A DNA stretch of 64,000 nt, taken from positions 32,001 to 96,000 of the forward strand of contig CAWJQQ010000001.1 in the NCBI GenBank assembly GCA_963845065.1. The letters run 5' to 3'. The translations under genes and the position numbers were made by a program. The notes beneath the pieces were generated by a model. That model made no database searches, was not told where the DNA came from, and saw only the letters and a list, made by a program, of their open reading frames with translations. This stretch comes from Nitrospirota bacterium (GTDB lineage: Bacteria; Nitrospirota; UBA9217). Shown one piece after another: positions 1-10,930 of this stretch (positions are counted from its first letter, which is position 1; each line of letters starts with the position of its first letter).

Positions 1-489
1 TCCTTTCTTTAGATCCTTGTGGAATACATTGCTGATATTCAGGAAATCGGCTTCGGAAAGCCCCCGTACCCGATCAACGAGAGGGTCCGTAATTGATGCG
101 GGAATATTCTGAGGCGGCACGCCCTTTTTCCTCTCCTGCACAAAAGGCGAATTGAGAGCTTTTTCGAAGAATTCTGGCTTCAAAGAGACCCGAACCGCTT
201 TTCCGGACTTCGCTTCGATAAGCGTGAAGGCCATTTTATTGTAATAGAGCTTCTGGATGTTCGACTTGCCGTAGGTACATCCTGTAGCAGTCATGATCCC
301 GTCCAGGAAACATCCGGCAGCATGCCCTTTGCCTGTCTCCGCTTCGACGAAAAGTTCCTTGTCCTGTGATCTTTCTACACCGAGCGCCTTCATGGCCGCG
401 AGACCAGCTCTCAGGCCCATCGGCATAGCAGGGCACTTGTGTCCATGAAACTTCATAGCAGTGTCAAAATATTCGTTAAATTCCTTCAT
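1..489 (-). CDS. FmdE-family (formylmethanofuran dehydrogenase subunit E-like) protein, 3' end outside the window
   Basis: Manual translation from ATG at 489 (RBS GGAGG): [29 protein letters not shown]...[17 protein letters not shown]. The FHGHxCP and CxxDG...TGCT motifs are FmdE-like. Open to the window edge and missed by the ORF track. Confidence 0.8.
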   Translation of the reverse strand, partial: MKEFNEYFDTAMKFHGHKCPAMPMGLRAGLAAMKALGVERSQDKELFVEAETGKGHAAGCFLDGIMTATGCTYGKSNIQKLYYNKMAFTLIEAKSGKAVRVSLKPEFFEKALNSPFVQERKKGVPPQNIPASITDPLVDRVRGLSEADFLNISNVFHKDLKKG

Positions 490-706
490 GGCAGACCTCC
501 ATTGTGATTAGTTGGGTTTACGTCGAACATTGATTCCCGTAATCTCAACCGAGCTACCAGCCATTCCACCAGCAACGACAAATGACGGAAAAGCGTTTTT
601 TGATCCTCACTTTTCGTTGTCTCATAATCAAGTCCTCAAAAGTTTACGATGCCGATATAGGGCCCGGCGAGTGTCAACAATGCACCGCTGGACCTCCTCG
701 CCTTCG

Positions 707-1786
707 TCAAGGGGTGTCAGTTCCCTTAACCCTGCAGTACTCAACGCTGAAATACGTACGCTGAAAATACTTGGCAACGTTCACGAGACTGATCAACACA
801 GGCACCTCCACCAACGGCCCGATGACTGCAGCGAAGGCAGCCCCTGAATTGATACCGAAAACAGCAACAGCGACGGCAATGGCTAATTCGAAATTGTTAC
901 TTGCCGCAGTGAATGAGAGGGTCGCGGTTTTCGGATAATCCGCGCCTATCTTCTTTCCGAGGTAGAAAGAGACCAAGAACATGACTACAAAATAGATCAG
1001 TAGCGGAATCGCGATGCGGAGTACATCAAGGGGAAGCTTAACGATGTAGTTGCCCTTTAGCGAGAACATAACAACGATCGTGAACAACAGCGAGATAAGG
1101 GTGATCGGGCTTATCTTCGGGATAAAGACCGTCTCATACCACAAGCGGTCCTTAATCTTGATGAGTATAAAGCGCGTGAGCATGCCGGCGATGAACGGAA
1201 TACCAAGATAAATGAATACGCTCTTTGCTATTTGGCCTATTGTCACATTGACGACAACCCCCTTGAGCCCGAACCAGGCTGGCAGGATGGTAATAAAAAT
1301 ATACGCGTAGATGGAAAAGAAGAGTACCTGAAAGATCGAGTTGAACGCTACGAGACCGGCTGCATACTCGGGATCACCGCAGGCAAGGTCGTTCCAGACA
1401 ATCACCATCGCGATGCAGCGAGCAAGACCGATCATGATAAGGCCCACCATGTATTCGGGATAGGAACGTAAAAAGATGATCGCGAGAGCGAACATCAGGA
1501 CCGGGCCGATGACCCAGTTCTGGATGAGCGAGAGACCCAGGACCTTTTTGTTACGAAAGACCTCGCCGAGTTCTTCATACTTGACCTTGGCAAGCGGCGG
1601 GTACATCATAAGAATCAAGCCAATGGCTATGGGAATATTGGTTGTACCCACCTGAAAACTGTTGATGAAGGTTTCTGTCCCCTGAATAAAGTACCCCAGG
1701 CCTACGCCAAAAGCCATAGCAGCGAAGATCCACAAAGTTAGATAGCGATCAATGAAGGAAAGCTGTTTGGTCATGGTTGCGCTCAT
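707..1786 (-). CDS. acr3: ACR3-family arsenite efflux transporter
   Basis: [36 protein letters not shown] and GPLVEVP motifs; about 10 TM segments. Confidence 0.95.
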   Translation of the reverse strand: MSATMTKQLSFIDRYLTLWIFAAMAFGVGLGYFIQGTETFINSFQVGTTNIPIAIGLILMMYPPLAKVKYEELGEVFRNKKVLGLSLIQNWVIGPVLMFALAIIFLRSYPEYMVGLIMIGLARCIAMVIVWNDLACGDPEYAAGLVAFNSIFQVLFFSIYAYIFITILPAWFGLKGVVVNVTIGQIAKSVFIYLGIPFIAGMLTRFILIKIKDRLWYETVFIPKISPITLISLLFTIVVMFSLKGNYIVKLPLDVLRIAIPLLIYFVVMFLVSFYLGKKIGADYPKTATLSFTAASNNFELAIAVAVAVFGINSGAAFAAVIGPLVEVPVLISLVNVAKYFQRTYFSVEYCRVKGTDTP

Positions 1787-1799
1787 AATAAATCCACCT

Positions 1800-2240
1800 C
1801 TATTTTTCTTTTATTTGTTGCTGCGAGAGCCATTCCTCTATTCTGGCCCTTATTTTATCTCTTATTATTCTGGTCCCTTCGAGCTTTTCTTCAAGGCTTC
1901 CTGGCAACCGCGAGGGATCGGGAAAACCCCAGTGCAGCCTCTTCACAAGTCCTGGAAATGTGGGGCATCGTTCGGCATTTGTTTCATCATAGACCGTAAT
2001 CACGTAGTTATATCGTTTGCCTGCCTTGAAGCAGTCAAAGGCGCTCTGCGTTTTCTTACTGGAGATATCAAACCCGACCTCCTTCATGACCTCAACAACA
2101 ATCGGATTCAACTCTCTTGGCTCTAATCCCGCGCTTTCAGCGACGTATTTCTCTTCCCCCAAGGCGTTGAGAAACGTCTCTGCCATCTGACTTCGAGCGC
2201 TGTTGTGAACACAGACAAACAACACTTTTGTCTTTCCCAT
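1800..2240 (-). CDS. arsC: Arsenate reductase, LMW-PTP/thioredoxin-coupled type (the usual second redox Cys reads Tyr)
   Basis: [13 protein letters not shown]-loop, [15 protein letters not shown]; ars operon context. Confidence 0.85.
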   Translation of the reverse strand: MGKTKVLFVCVHNSARSQMAETFLNALGEEKYVAESAGLEPRELNPIVVEVMKEVGFDISSKKTQSAFDCFKAGKRYNYVITVYDETNAERCPTFPGLVKRLHWGFPDPSRLPGSLEEKLEGTRIIRDKIRARIEEWLSQQQIKEK

Positions 2241-2284
2241 AAGCTGCCTCCACTATTATTGCACCTTTTAATCCGCTCATGCCA

Positions 2285-3001
2285 TCACGCACCATGCCTC
2301 AGTTTGTCAGCGAAATATGCAGGCAAGCCCATTTCCGTGATAGCCGCTGCAACCTTTTCTATATCGTATGGAACGCGGATAAACTCGGTATTAATCGACT
2401 TCTGCAATATATCCACGATCGCAACACATGCCCTTGTATCGCCATCCTTCGGCTTGCCGACACTGCCGGCATTGATGAATATTTTTCCATTAATGTCCTT
2501 CCAGTACGGTTTGTGGGTATGGCCGTAGATCATAATATCGGCTTTAACCTTTTCGGCCATCTCTCGGAAGAACTTTTCAGGTCGGTCCTCGTACCAATAG
2601 AGGTTGTTTTTCCTGGGCGTTGCATGAAAAAGCAGGACTTTTCTACTTCCGACGTCAAATGCGATCTCCGTAGGAAGGTTTTTCATGTAGTCTTTACTTT
2701 TAGGTGATACATGGTTCTTGGTCCAGGCAAATGACCGGTTAGCCATCTCCTCCTGCACCGGGTCCTCGGCTTTGCATCCGCAATGCTCTCGGTCATTCCC
2801 CACAGCCTCATCGTAATTCCCCTGCACGCCTTCGATTCCATGCTCGACAAGGAAATCAACGACCTCGTTCACAAAGGGCGCATAGCCGCCGAGATCGCCA
2901 AGGTGAAATATCTTGTCCGGCTTCAAGATCATCGCAGCATCATAGGCTGCTTCAAGCGCTTCAATATTTCCATGTATATCGCCAAAAACTGCAAGCTTCA
3001 T
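2285..3001 (-). CDS. Calcineurin-like metallophosphoesterase (YfcE-like)
   Basis: DIHGN, GD, GNYD, GHTH and NAGSVG motifs. Confidence 0.85.
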   Translation of the reverse strand: MKLAVFGDIHGNIEALEAAYDAAMILKPDKIFHLGDLGGYAPFVNEVVDFLVEHGIEGVQGNYDEAVGNDREHCGCKAEDPVQEEMANRSFAWTKNHVSPKSKDYMKNLPTEIAFDVGSRKVLLFHATPRKNNLYWYEDRPEKFFREMAEKVKADIMIYGHTHKPYWKDINGKIFINAGSVGKPKDGDTRACVAIVDILQKSINTEFIRVPYDIEKVAAAITEMGLPAYFADKLRHGA

Positions 3002-3004
3002 AAT

Positions 3005-3382
3005 TTACACTCCACAGGAGCAAGCATTCTTTTTCGGAGGTATGCAATCCGAGCCTGCTTTTTTTGATTTTAGAAATCGGCCAAGGCGCTTACGGTCTTC
3101 CGCGATGAAACTATCATTGGCCTTTTCGCATACCGATATCATAAGCATTCTCTTGAGTAGGTCCTTTTCATTCAAGCTGTAATGGATCCATTTTCCCTGC
3201 TTGCGGTCCTTGATAAACCCAGCTTCTTTCAAGGTACTGAGATGGAAAGACACCTTTGGCTGCACCATGTCCAGCGCGGCTGTGATATCGCACACGCATA
3301 GTTCTCCCTGTTCCAGCAGTTTTATGATGCGAAGTCTTGTTTCGTCGGACAATGCCTTAAAAATGACTACCAGTTCGTTCAT
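3005..3382 (-). CDS. arsR: ArsR/SmtB metalloregulator
   Basis: FKALSDETRLRI, ELCVCD As(III) box, VSFHL HTH; C-terminal CSC. Confidence 0.92.
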   Translation of the reverse strand: MNELVVIFKALSDETRLRIIKLLEQGELCVCDITAALDMVQPKVSFHLSTLKEAGFIKDRKQGKWIHYSLNEKDLLKRMLMISVCEKANDSFIAEDRKRLGRFLKSKKAGSDCIPPKKNACSCGV

Positions 3383-3393
3383 ATTTCACCCTT

Positions 3394-3933
3394 TCAATCA
3401 AAGCGGAATCGGCTGAGATACGTTTTCAGCCCTATCACGCCTTCTTCATTCAATTCCGGGCAATCTTCGTATCCTTTAATCCCTTCGGCCGCAAGCGATG
3501 CGAACATCATGCACGTTGGTTGTCCACACTTGCGGCAGTTAGTCTTCGGCAGCAGTTTGTATATTTCCAGAATGTGAGGCTTAGCCTTGCCCTCATATTT
3601 TGGTACGATCGCGGCCCGATTCTCCCATGCTGCATTAATTTCTTTCTTCAGCCATTCCAGAATGTGATGCGCTTCCGCCTCATCCCGCAGGGCGTTGACT
3701 GCGATCTTTCTGCCGTGAACAGTGAGAAGTTTTCCCTGAGCCTTGAAGGTAACCGACGGCGGGTCCTTAATATACGCATCTCCTCCCAGCACAGCGTTCA
3801 GATAAGGAAGCGCCTCGCTGATGTCTTCATCAAGGTGGGCGATGCAGTGCAATGACTGAAAAGTATTATTGCACGCCGGTATAGTTATCTCTGCCCGGTA
3901 TCCCGTGAGTAGCATGGAACATATCTCCTTCAT
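3394..3933 (-). CDS. Fe-S cluster protein with a C-terminal FeS domain
   Basis: LLPKTNCRKCGQPTCMMFA...CP motif. Confidence 0.75.
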   Translation of the reverse strand: MKEICSMLLTGYRAEITIPACNNTFQSLHCIAHLDEDISEALPYLNAVLGGDAYIKDPPSVTFKAQGKLLTVHGRKIAVNALRDEAEAHHILEWLKKEINAAWENRAAIVPKYEGKAKPHILEIYKLLPKTNCRKCGQPTCMMFASLAAEGIKGYEDCPELNEEGVIGLKTYLSRFRFD

Positions 3934-3940
3934 CGATTTG

Positions 3941-4183
3941 TTACGCCTCTGCTTTTATAAGCTCCTTCACCTTCTCCAGGCTCGGGAGCGGCTTACCGGT
4001 ATGCTTGATCTTGCCGTTCACGATAAGGCCAGGAGTGGACATTATGCCATGCATCGCGATCTGTCCAATGTCAGTGATCTTCTCTACCTTTGCCTCAACG
4101 CCGAGTTCTTTCACCGCGGTCTTCGCGATCTCTTCCATTTTGTTGCAGTTTACGCAACCAGAGCCGAGCACTTTAATTTCCAT
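3941..4183 (-). CDS. Small redox-active thioredoxin-family protein
   Basis: IKVLGSGCVNC CxxC and MSTPGLIVNG; a typical arsP partner. Confidence 0.88.
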   Translation of the reverse strand: MEIKVLGSGCVNCNKMEEIAKTAVKELGVEAKVEKITDIGQIAMHGIMSTPGLIVNGKIKHTGKPLPSLEKVKELIKAEA

Positions 4184-4194
4184 TTTCCATCCTC

Positions 4195-5148
4195 CTAAAG
4201 AATCGCATTGAACAGGTAACCTACCCCGATGATTGTAACCGTCATAATGGAGACGAACACCGCGAGAAGCTTGACTTTCAGCACCTTTCGGAGAATGATC
4301 ATCTCAGGGAGAGACAGGGCCGTGACCGCCATCATGAAAGCCAGCACTGTGCCCATGCTCATTCCCTTCTCCATGAGGGCATATACGATCGGGATCACAC
4401 CTGCAGCATTAGAATACAGCGGCACGCCGATCGCAACAGCAATCGGAACAGAGAAGGGGTTACCGTTGCCTGCGTACCGGGCAAGAAAGTCGTCCGGTGC
4501 ATACCCGTGAATGAACCCACCGATACCAATGGCGACGACCACATAGACCCAGACCTTTTGCATGATTTCCATCGTATTGGCCCGGGCGTATACGAGCCGG
4601 TCTTTGAATGTTTGACTAACGGTATTGATTGCCGCACCAATTAATCGTATTTTGTAGACGTAATCCTCCACCCATTTTTCCAGTTTGAGTTTGCCGATGA
4701 TAAAACCGGCGATAATGGCCACTGACAACCCTGCGCTCATGTAGATTACCGCGGTCTTCCAGCCGAAGAGGCCCCAGAGAAGAACCACGGCAACCTCATT
4801 CACCATGGGCGAGGAGATGAGAAAGGAAAAGGTGACGCCGAGCGGAATGCCGGCTTCTACGAAGCCGATAAAAAGCGGAACCGCGGAGCAGGAACAAAAA
4901 GGTGTGACAACCCCCAGCAGAGCAGCGAGAATATTACCAATAAACTCCCGTTTATGAGATAGAATACGCTTGGTGCGCTCTGGCGGGAAGTAGGACCGGA
5001 TGACTGAAACTGTAAAGATGATGACGGAGAGCAGCAAAAATATCTTTATCGCTTCGTAAATGAAGAATTCCAGAGCGCCAGATAATCGCGTTTCCTGTGC
5101 CATTCCGAACAGGCCATACACCAAGTAATGTGCAAAAATCTTGAGCAT
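4195..5148 (-). CDS. arsP: ArsP-like permease (DUF318)
   Basis: TPFCSCSAVP, SSPMVN, GVPLY and ALSLPE motifs. Confidence 0.85.
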   Translation of the reverse strand: MLKIFAHYLVYGLFGMAQETRLSGALEFFIYEAIKIFLLLSVIIFTVSVIRSYFPPERTKRILSHKREFIGNILAALLGVVTPFCSCSAVPLFIGFVEAGIPLGVTFSFLISSPMVNEVAVVLLWGLFGWKTAVIYMSAGLSVAIIAGFIIGKLKLEKWVEDYVYKIRLIGAAINTVSQTFKDRLVYARANTMEIMQKVWVYVVVAIGIGGFIHGYAPDDFLARYAGNGNPFSVPIAVAIGVPLYSNAAGVIPIVYALMEKGMSMGTVLAFMMAVTALSLPEMIILRKVLKVKLLAVFVSIMTVTIIGVGYLFNAIL

Positions 5149-5158
5149 CAATTCGCCT

Positions 5159-5206
5159 CATATAAACATCTTTTTATATGTTAACGAAGTGGTGCTGGTT
5201 TGTCAA
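5159..5206 (-). promoter_or_regulatory. Sigma-70 promoter and ArsR-type inverted-repeat operator of the ars operon
   Basis: Minus strand TTGACA-N17-TAACAT overlapping the palindrome CATATAAA-N6-TTTATATG, just upstream of arsP. Confidence 0.65.
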
Positions 5207-5360
5207 GGGCTTATTTCAGTTTATCTAAAATATTATATTCAATATTGATTAATAAAAAAGAGCGGGACATCGGGGACAACACGTACTCTGCTCCGCAAGA
5301 GATTTGTTCAGCTCTACGGTTGAGCTCGTGGTTCACACTAGCATTACAGTTCATTTGCTA

Positions 5361-5588
5361 TAGGTAATTATTAACAAATACAGGTTGTAACATTATGAGA
5401 TTACAGTAACAGCAACCACAACGACTACAGGATGGATTCGTTAAGAGAGTACTTCATCACAAAATGCAATGATTCAAAATGAATTCTACACCTTCGCGAC
5501 GATTATACGAAACTCGACTTCACCTACAAGGTTGTAACGGCGACCGATACATTGGAGGTGCATAATACTGGTAGAAACTTAGCATAAC
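5361..5588 (+). repeat. Family A dispersed repeat, copy A1 (full length)
   Basis: Shared motifs: TAACAAATACAGG, ACTACAGGATG, ATCACAAAATGCAA, AAATGAATT, CACCTACAA, and the end GGTAGAAACTTAGCATAAC. Confidence 0.85.
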
Positions 5589-5640
5589 GCCGACGTGAGG
5601 GGCGCATCTTCCAGCGACCTTCTCGACGGAGTTGTTAGAC
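5582..5640 (-). other. attC integron recombination site (59 bp)
   Basis: Minus strand GTCTAAC...GTTATGC with an imperfect palindrome, 5 bp after the stop of 5646..6191. Confidence 0.75.
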
Positions 5641-5645
5641 TCGAT

Positions 5646-6191
5646 TTACTTTCCGCTGCTATTTTTTTGGTTGGAATTTCTCAGATATTCGAGCGCTGCC
5701 TTAGCAACATCGACTGGAATAAATATTGCGACAATGTTCATCGACGACATATCAGGCTGTGCGTTTATCGGATACTGATATCTCAAACCATAGACGAGAA
5801 CATCGCCGTTTCTATTTTGCCAATCACTTAGCCAGGAGTGGACCTTCATATTTGGCTTCTTTGATATATCCTCGTAATCTGACCAACCACGCACGAATGA
5901 GGTAGGCAGTCCGGGATTTAAGAAATCCTCATTTAGCGGTGTCCAGCCCATATTACCTAACTTCTTTAGCAGTTGATTGATAATTTCAGCGGCAGGATAG
6001 TCTGCCTTAAGATTATAAGTAACTTGATCTGTTTTATTAACCTTCGCATAGTTTATGTTTGTTGCGCCCGATAAAACGATCAACGAGTCCGAGTAGTTCT
6101 TGGGATCTTGAATTGATTTGGTCTGACAGCCCAGCAATGTTACAACTATCAGAACGATAAATATTAAGCGTGTATTATGACTCATCACCAC
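5646..6191 (-). CDS. Hypothetical lipoprotein, integron gene cassette
   Basis: Lipobox LLGC after a hydrophobic segment; starts immediately after GTTAGAG and is followed by attC. Confidence 0.75.
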   Translation of the reverse strand: MVMSHNTRLIFIVLIVVTLLGCQTKSIQDPKNYSDSLIVLSGATNINYAKVNKTDQVTYNLKADYPAAEIINQLLKKLGNMGWTPLNEDFLNPGLPTSFVRGWSDYEDISKKPNMKVHSWLSDWQNRNGDVLVYGLRYQYPINAQPDMSSMNIVAIFIPVDVAKAALEYLRNSNQKNSSGK

Positions 6192-6261
6192 CTCTAACGC
6201 ACGAGATCACCAAACGACAGGCAAGATAGATGCCTTTGTCAGAGACGCTTTAATGTTATCT
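6192..6261 (-). other. attC-like site (70 bp)
   Basis: Minus strand AGATAAC (overlaps the TAA of ORF 6256..6453)...GACAAAGGCA/TGCCTGTC hairpin...GTTAGAG. Confidence 0.6.
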
Positions 6262-6453
6262 TTCGAAGGCTAAGACTGCACCCTTAATACTGTTGAGCAT
6301 CCGTTCGAGGCGAAGGGTTACAAATTTCCTGCTAACCGGACTGATTAAGAAGAACTTTGGAAACTTGCTTGTTACGCCAACCTCAACCACAGCCCCAGTG
6401 CCTTGGGCTCGAACATAAATGGGATAAAGTGAACCATAACTCATCAGCGTCAT
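6256..6453 (-). pseudogene. Probable 5'-truncated cassette ORF
   Basis: Short ORF whose stop lies in the R'' box of the attC-like site. Confidence 0.35.
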
Positions 6454-6731
6454 TCTTTCATTCAGTTTGCCATCACATCACCGGAGAGAGGCATTTTCAG
6501 ATTATCATGAGTTATTTAATTCCGAATATGCTTATCCGGTTAATACGTACAATCTGAAAACGCTTTACTCTTGACAACTTTTTAAGGCTGACAGTCGGGG
6601 CAGTTTAATGCTAGAGGGTAGCCGCTAGTTGGGATATACAAACCATCCTATCGGCATCAATGCACTCTGAGAACCTAAATCCCCAAAGTATCGGTGCAGA
6701 CAAACCCTGCGATACAGCGACCCGCTAAGAC

Positions 6732-7526
6732 TCAATTGCTAAAGAGAATATACTGATTCAGCAACTCGACTTTTCCAAGATCATATTTGAAAGGTCGAAT
6801 GCGGGTAATTTGATATACTGGGTTAATCCGCTTTTGAAGTTCGGCGAGTATGGGCATTGGCACGAGAAAATGGTTCAAGATCACCTTTGCTGGAGATACA
6901 AATATCTTGTTGTCGTGGACCTCTAAGCGAAGCGCTGCATAACCTTTGAGCCGGTTATTTATTATGAACTTTTCAACGAGTTTTCTATCCTTAAGGGGAA
7001 TCGTATTGACCGGAATATCAAACTCTAATTCAATGAAGGGGGGGGTGAATTTTATCAAAAATTTGTCGTAATGAAAGTTTAGTCTCTTCGCTGTCTTTTC
7101 AAATTCGTCCTTTATCGTTTGTTCCGATACCAACATCCCGATCTTAAAATCCGAGTAGGAAGTAATTGCAAAAATGTTCGATTTTTTTAACGTTCCGAGA
7201 TCGATTTGAGGATTGGTATATTGCACGGTCACATAGTCGGCCGGTAAAATATTTTTTGGCATCGACACGAATTTGATGAACAAAGACTCCAGATTTCCGC
7301 CTTTATCTGCTACCCTTTTCGTTTTAATCTCTATTCTTTCACATGTTACGTTCTTTCTTAATGCTTTCTCAATTTCACTATCAAGAGGTTCACGGGAATA
7401 CAACAGATTGGGTGTAGCGAATAAAAGGCCGATTACAGACGACAAGACCATAATCAAATGAGTAAAGGCATGCTTGGTTTTATCTTTGAACGAGTTTGCC
7501 ATTCTCAATGTATAATTCCTTTGCAT
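6732..7526 (-). CDS. Hypothetical exported or membrane-anchored protein (true start probably downstream of 7526)
   Basis: 264-codon ORF with a hydrophobic N-terminal segment; overlaps the upstream gene. Confidence 0.6.
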   Translation of the reverse strand: MQRNYTLRMANSFKDKTKHAFTHLIMVLSSVIGLLFATPNLLYSREPLDSEIEKALRKNVTCERIEIKTKRVADKGGNLESLFIKFVSMPKNILPADYVTVQYTNPQIDLGTLKKSNIFAITSYSDFKIGMLVSEQTIKDEFEKTAKRLNFHYDKFLIKFTPPFIELEFDIPVNTIPLKDRKLVEKFIINNRLKGYAALRLEVHDNKIFVSPAKVILNHFLVPMPILAELQKRINPVYQITRIRPFKYDLGKVELLNQYILFSN

Positions 7527-7884
7527 TATAGAGGTCAGGATCCGGGACGCTGATGCGGTAGCGGCTGGCGCCTCCAGTATCGTACAGGGTGTACAGGTAA
7601 GCTTTTCCGCTCAAAAGATCGTTGCTAACATGATTAAGGAACGCAGGCTGGAGAAGTTCTAATTTCCGAGGATACTCCATGTTTATGACGAAATAAGCCT
7701 CTACGGCCTTTGAAAGGTTCTGCAAATCCGACTGAACCCTTTCTCGTGAGGTAGCGTAAATCTGTTTCGGCGGTTTATAATTACTTACGCCTCCTCTCCA
7801 GTAAAGGACAGCGACATAACCAATGAGTGCCACGGTGATCACGATAAATATATAAGTGAGCAAGCGGAGTTTGTTCTTTCGCAT
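7480..7884 (-). CDS. Hypothetical membrane-anchored protein, weakly pseudopilin (GspG C-terminal)-like
   Basis: N-terminal TM; SDLQNLSKAVEAYF...YPRKLELL. Confidence 0.55.
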   Translation of the reverse strand: MRKNKLRLLTYIFIVITVALIGYVAVLYWRGGVSNYKPPKQIYATSRERVQSDLQNLSKAVEAYFVINMEYPRKLELLQPAFLNHVSNDLLSGKAYLYTLYDTGGASRYRISVPDPDLYNAKELYIENGKLVQR

Positions 7885-8239
7885 AGTCAGGTTTCTTTTC
7901 CGTTAGTTTTTAACCTTTAGCCGATTCAAGACCGAGGGGTTATATTTGTTGCTATCAGCGTGATGCGATACGACCTTCTTTGCGGGATCAGAGGACATTC
8001 TTCAAACTTCAGCTTTCTTCTGTTCAAAGTGGTTGATGAGTTTTTGTATTATACCAAAATGGGCTTTCAGGTTCCACGTAATTAATAGGCACTCTTCTGG
8101 AAAACTGATTTATCAGAGTGTTGTAATTCGCTCAACATGCAAAAATCCATGCTTGAGGAATTTCGGTCACTTCCAACGGAAATTATCCTCTATGATGTTT
8201 AACATGAAGTATTGATCGACGCATGAATGTCGGGAGTGT

Positions 8240-8382
8240 GACTTTCAGGAAGACTATCGCCCGCAATGTTATAACCGGAAATTCTTAATCGCCGCCAAGA
8301 ACACAATCCTCACGGCCACCTACTACTCTGGATGGGCGCTTGAGGCAATTGGTTGCTAAATACTGCTTGTAGTACGCAGAAC
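8240..8382 (+). repeat. Family A repeat, copy A2 (degenerate)
   Basis: ACTTTCAGGA, CACCTAC, and the end AAATACTG...GCAGAAC abutting attC. Confidence 0.5.
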
Positions 8383-8436
8383 GACGAGTTGAGGGGCGAT
8401 AGTTTCTTGCCCGCCCCCTCGAACGCCTTGTTAGTT
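8376..8436 (-). other. attC integron recombination site (61 bp)
   Basis: Minus strand AACTAAC...GAGGGGGCG/CGCCCCTC stem...GTTCTGC; resembles the attC at 5582; 7 bp after the stop at 8444. Confidence 0.75.
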
Positions 8437-8443
8437 TATGATT

Positions 8444-8723
8444 CTAGTATGGTCCTGAAAGAACTTTCTTAAGGGAAACATCAAAGTTAGGATCAATTGA
8501 CTTGTTCATTTTGTAACGTAAATCTGATATGCGCCATCCGTTCAGTGTTTTTACAGTCTCAAACTGGATTTCTATGAGGTCTTTTACTTCATTCTGGTCA
8601 TACAAAACAGAAACGACATTTGCCCCTGGCTTTCTATTAATCCTGATATTTCTAATGCCGTCAGGGTCTTGGCTACCCCGAGTTGCTCCATGATGCTGCC
8701 GACTCGGGCTAAGAAGCGGATGG

Positions 8724-8740
<17 letters not shown>
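8444..8740 (-). pseudogene. 5'-truncated cassette gene of unknown function (the first ~20 codons of the listed ORF are unrelated sequence)
   Basis: AT-rich C-terminal part (SQDPDG...GWRISDLRY) ending just before attC; the N-terminal part overlaps the tail of the DHFR-like gene. Confidence 0.45.
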
Positions 8741-9272
<532 letters not shown>

Positions 9273-9301
9273 TACGTAAGAGTACCGCTAGCCATAGGGC
9301 A

Positions 9302-9360
9302 GCCTAACCAAGTATTATCTACCCATAAATCGGGTAGTAAAGAACGGATTATCGTTATTT
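9302..9360 (-). other. attC-like site upstream of the DHFR-like cassette
   Basis: Minus strand AAATAAC...CTACCC/GGGTAG hairpin...GTTAGGC. Confidence 0.45.
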
Positions 9361-9436
9361 ACCAGTTTAGCAATGATAATTCCAAGCCGGTTTAAATCTT
9401 AACGACGACTATAATCCTGTTCAGTAAAGTTGTCAA

Positions 9437-9680
9437 CGGTATCGACTGGGTATTTATTGGGTAGGCGAGTAACGACTTCAGGATGATACTTGATGTGTTG
9501 CGAAGAATGGTAACGACAAGGACTAGGATGTTGCTGACGACGGAAAACCATATTACAAAATGCAATACTACAAACGATATTTATTACCTTGATCTCAATA
9601 GTATCTCTGCGAGGTCCACCTACAATCTTGCAACCGGGATCAGTTGAAATGGGTATGATATCCGGGTTGTACTATGCATC
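9437..9680 (+). repeat. Family A repeat, copy A3
   Basis: GGGTATTTATTGGGTAG, AACGACTTCAGGATG, TTACAAAATGCAA, CACCTACAA. Confidence 0.75.
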
Positions 9681-9747
9681 CCTCAATAGTAATTGCCATA
9701 CCCTAAAATTTGCTAATGCATAGCAATGATTCCACTAAATCTTTCTT

Positions 9748-10134
9748 CTAATGCGATACAGGTTTTGATTTTTGTAACGATTCTGTTAGTGTTGGTGACG
9801 AACTTATGGATACTTTTTCAGACTCACGATGATTGGCGCTTGATTGAACATCTTGACCATCAGATTGTGGCGGTAGAAAATATGCAACGAGGGAAACAAT
9901 GAGGGCGATGAGGGAGATCAAATAAATAGGAACAACTGTCCAATTCGGTTTTTCTATTGCTTTTCCTATTGTGCTAATATTGTCTTCTATCTCTCTTATA
10001 CGAATTTCTGCGGTTATTGACGGTTCTTCATGTGAATTTTTACCTGCAATCTGTTCCCATTGTTGTTTTAGCTGTTCTAAGGATAAATGAGCATAAGGTC
10101 GGGTTAGCGTTCGGCGATGAGATATACCAGACAT
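9748..10134 (-). CDS. Hypothetical protein, single TM
   Basis: RBS AAGGAG; one hydrophobic segment. Confidence 0.6.
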   Translation of the reverse strand: MSGISHRRTLTRPYAHLSLEQLKQQWEQIAGKNSHEEPSITAEIRIREIEDNISTIGKAIEKPNWTVVPIYLISLIALIVSLVAYFLPPQSDGQDVQSSANHRESEKVSISSSPTLTESLQKSKPVSH

Positions 10135-10159
10135 ATATATTCTCCTTTGTTAGCGACTA

Positions 10160-10930
10160 TCATGGGATCAGCTTGCCCAGAATGCCGTAAAACTCGTTCA
10201 GCGCCTTGGTATCCGCGGGAAGTGCGATCAGCGGCCTGCCGTTCAAGTCGTAATCAATGATCATATCGTCGGCGGAAACGAATCCAGCGAAGTCCATGGC
10301 CTGCTTCTTGATTGCCTGAAGAAGAGAGGGATCTTCTCGCATGCCATCCTGAACACGGTTCACGATCAAGACCGCACGCTTGATGTTCAGGCCCAGTTCT
10401 TTTACCAAGGCAGTGATTCGCCCGGCAGTCATAACCCCACGAACAGAAGGGTCGCTGATGATCATGAGCAGGTCAATATCCTGCGTCGTACGGCGAGACA
10501 GGTGCTCCAACCCGGCCTCATTATCCATCACCGTGTAAGGATACCTGTCTGCGAGTTTATCCATGTATTTGCGGATGAAATTGTTAGCAGCACAGTAGCA
10601 GCCAGCCCCTTCGGGTCTGCCCATCACGAGCAAATCGAACCCTTTCGCCTCGACGAGTGACTGATTTACATGGTAATCAAAGAGCTCCTCTACACTCATG
10701 CCGCCGGGCCTTCGCCCTGTAGCTTTAATGGTTTCGAGAGACTCTTCCCGTAAAGCGCCTATGGTTGAGTGGACCTCCACGCCAAGCACGTCATGCAAGT
10801 TCGCATTGGCGTCAGCATCAACGGCAAATACAGGCCCGTTCTTTTTTTCCATCAAATATCGTATGGTAAGACCGCAAAGGCTGGTCTTGCCCGTGCCACC
10901 CTTACCTGCAACTGCTATCGAGTAACTCAT
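10160..10930 (-). CDS. cooC: CooC/AcsF CO-dehydrogenase nickel-insertion ATPase
   Basis: GKGGTGKT, DAD, GCYC and DNEAGLEHLSR motifs. Confidence 0.9.
   Translation of the reverse strand: MSYSIAVAGKGGTGKTSLCGLTIRYLMEKKNGPVFAVDADANANLHDVLGVEVHSTIGALREESLETIKATGRRPGGMSVEELFDYHVNQSLVEAKGFDLLVMGRPEGAGCYCAANNFIRKYMDKLADRYPYTVMDNEAGLEHLSRRTTQDIDLLMIISDPSVRGVMTAGRITALVKELGLNIKRAVLIVNRVQDGMREDPSLLQAIKKQAMDFAGFVSADDMIIDYDLNGRPLIALPADTKALNEFYGILGKLIP

Noticed and set aside
5432..5482. 16-codon micro-ORF (MxxLxExxITKCxDxK) recurring in five family A copies
   Set aside because: No properly spaced RBS, many non-synonymous changes, and the frame is not kept in A3 or A9; probably a by-product of DNA conservation.
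7908..7950. attC upstream of the 7884 gene
   Set aside because: AAC...GTT boxes are present but the site is only ~40 bp, too short to call.
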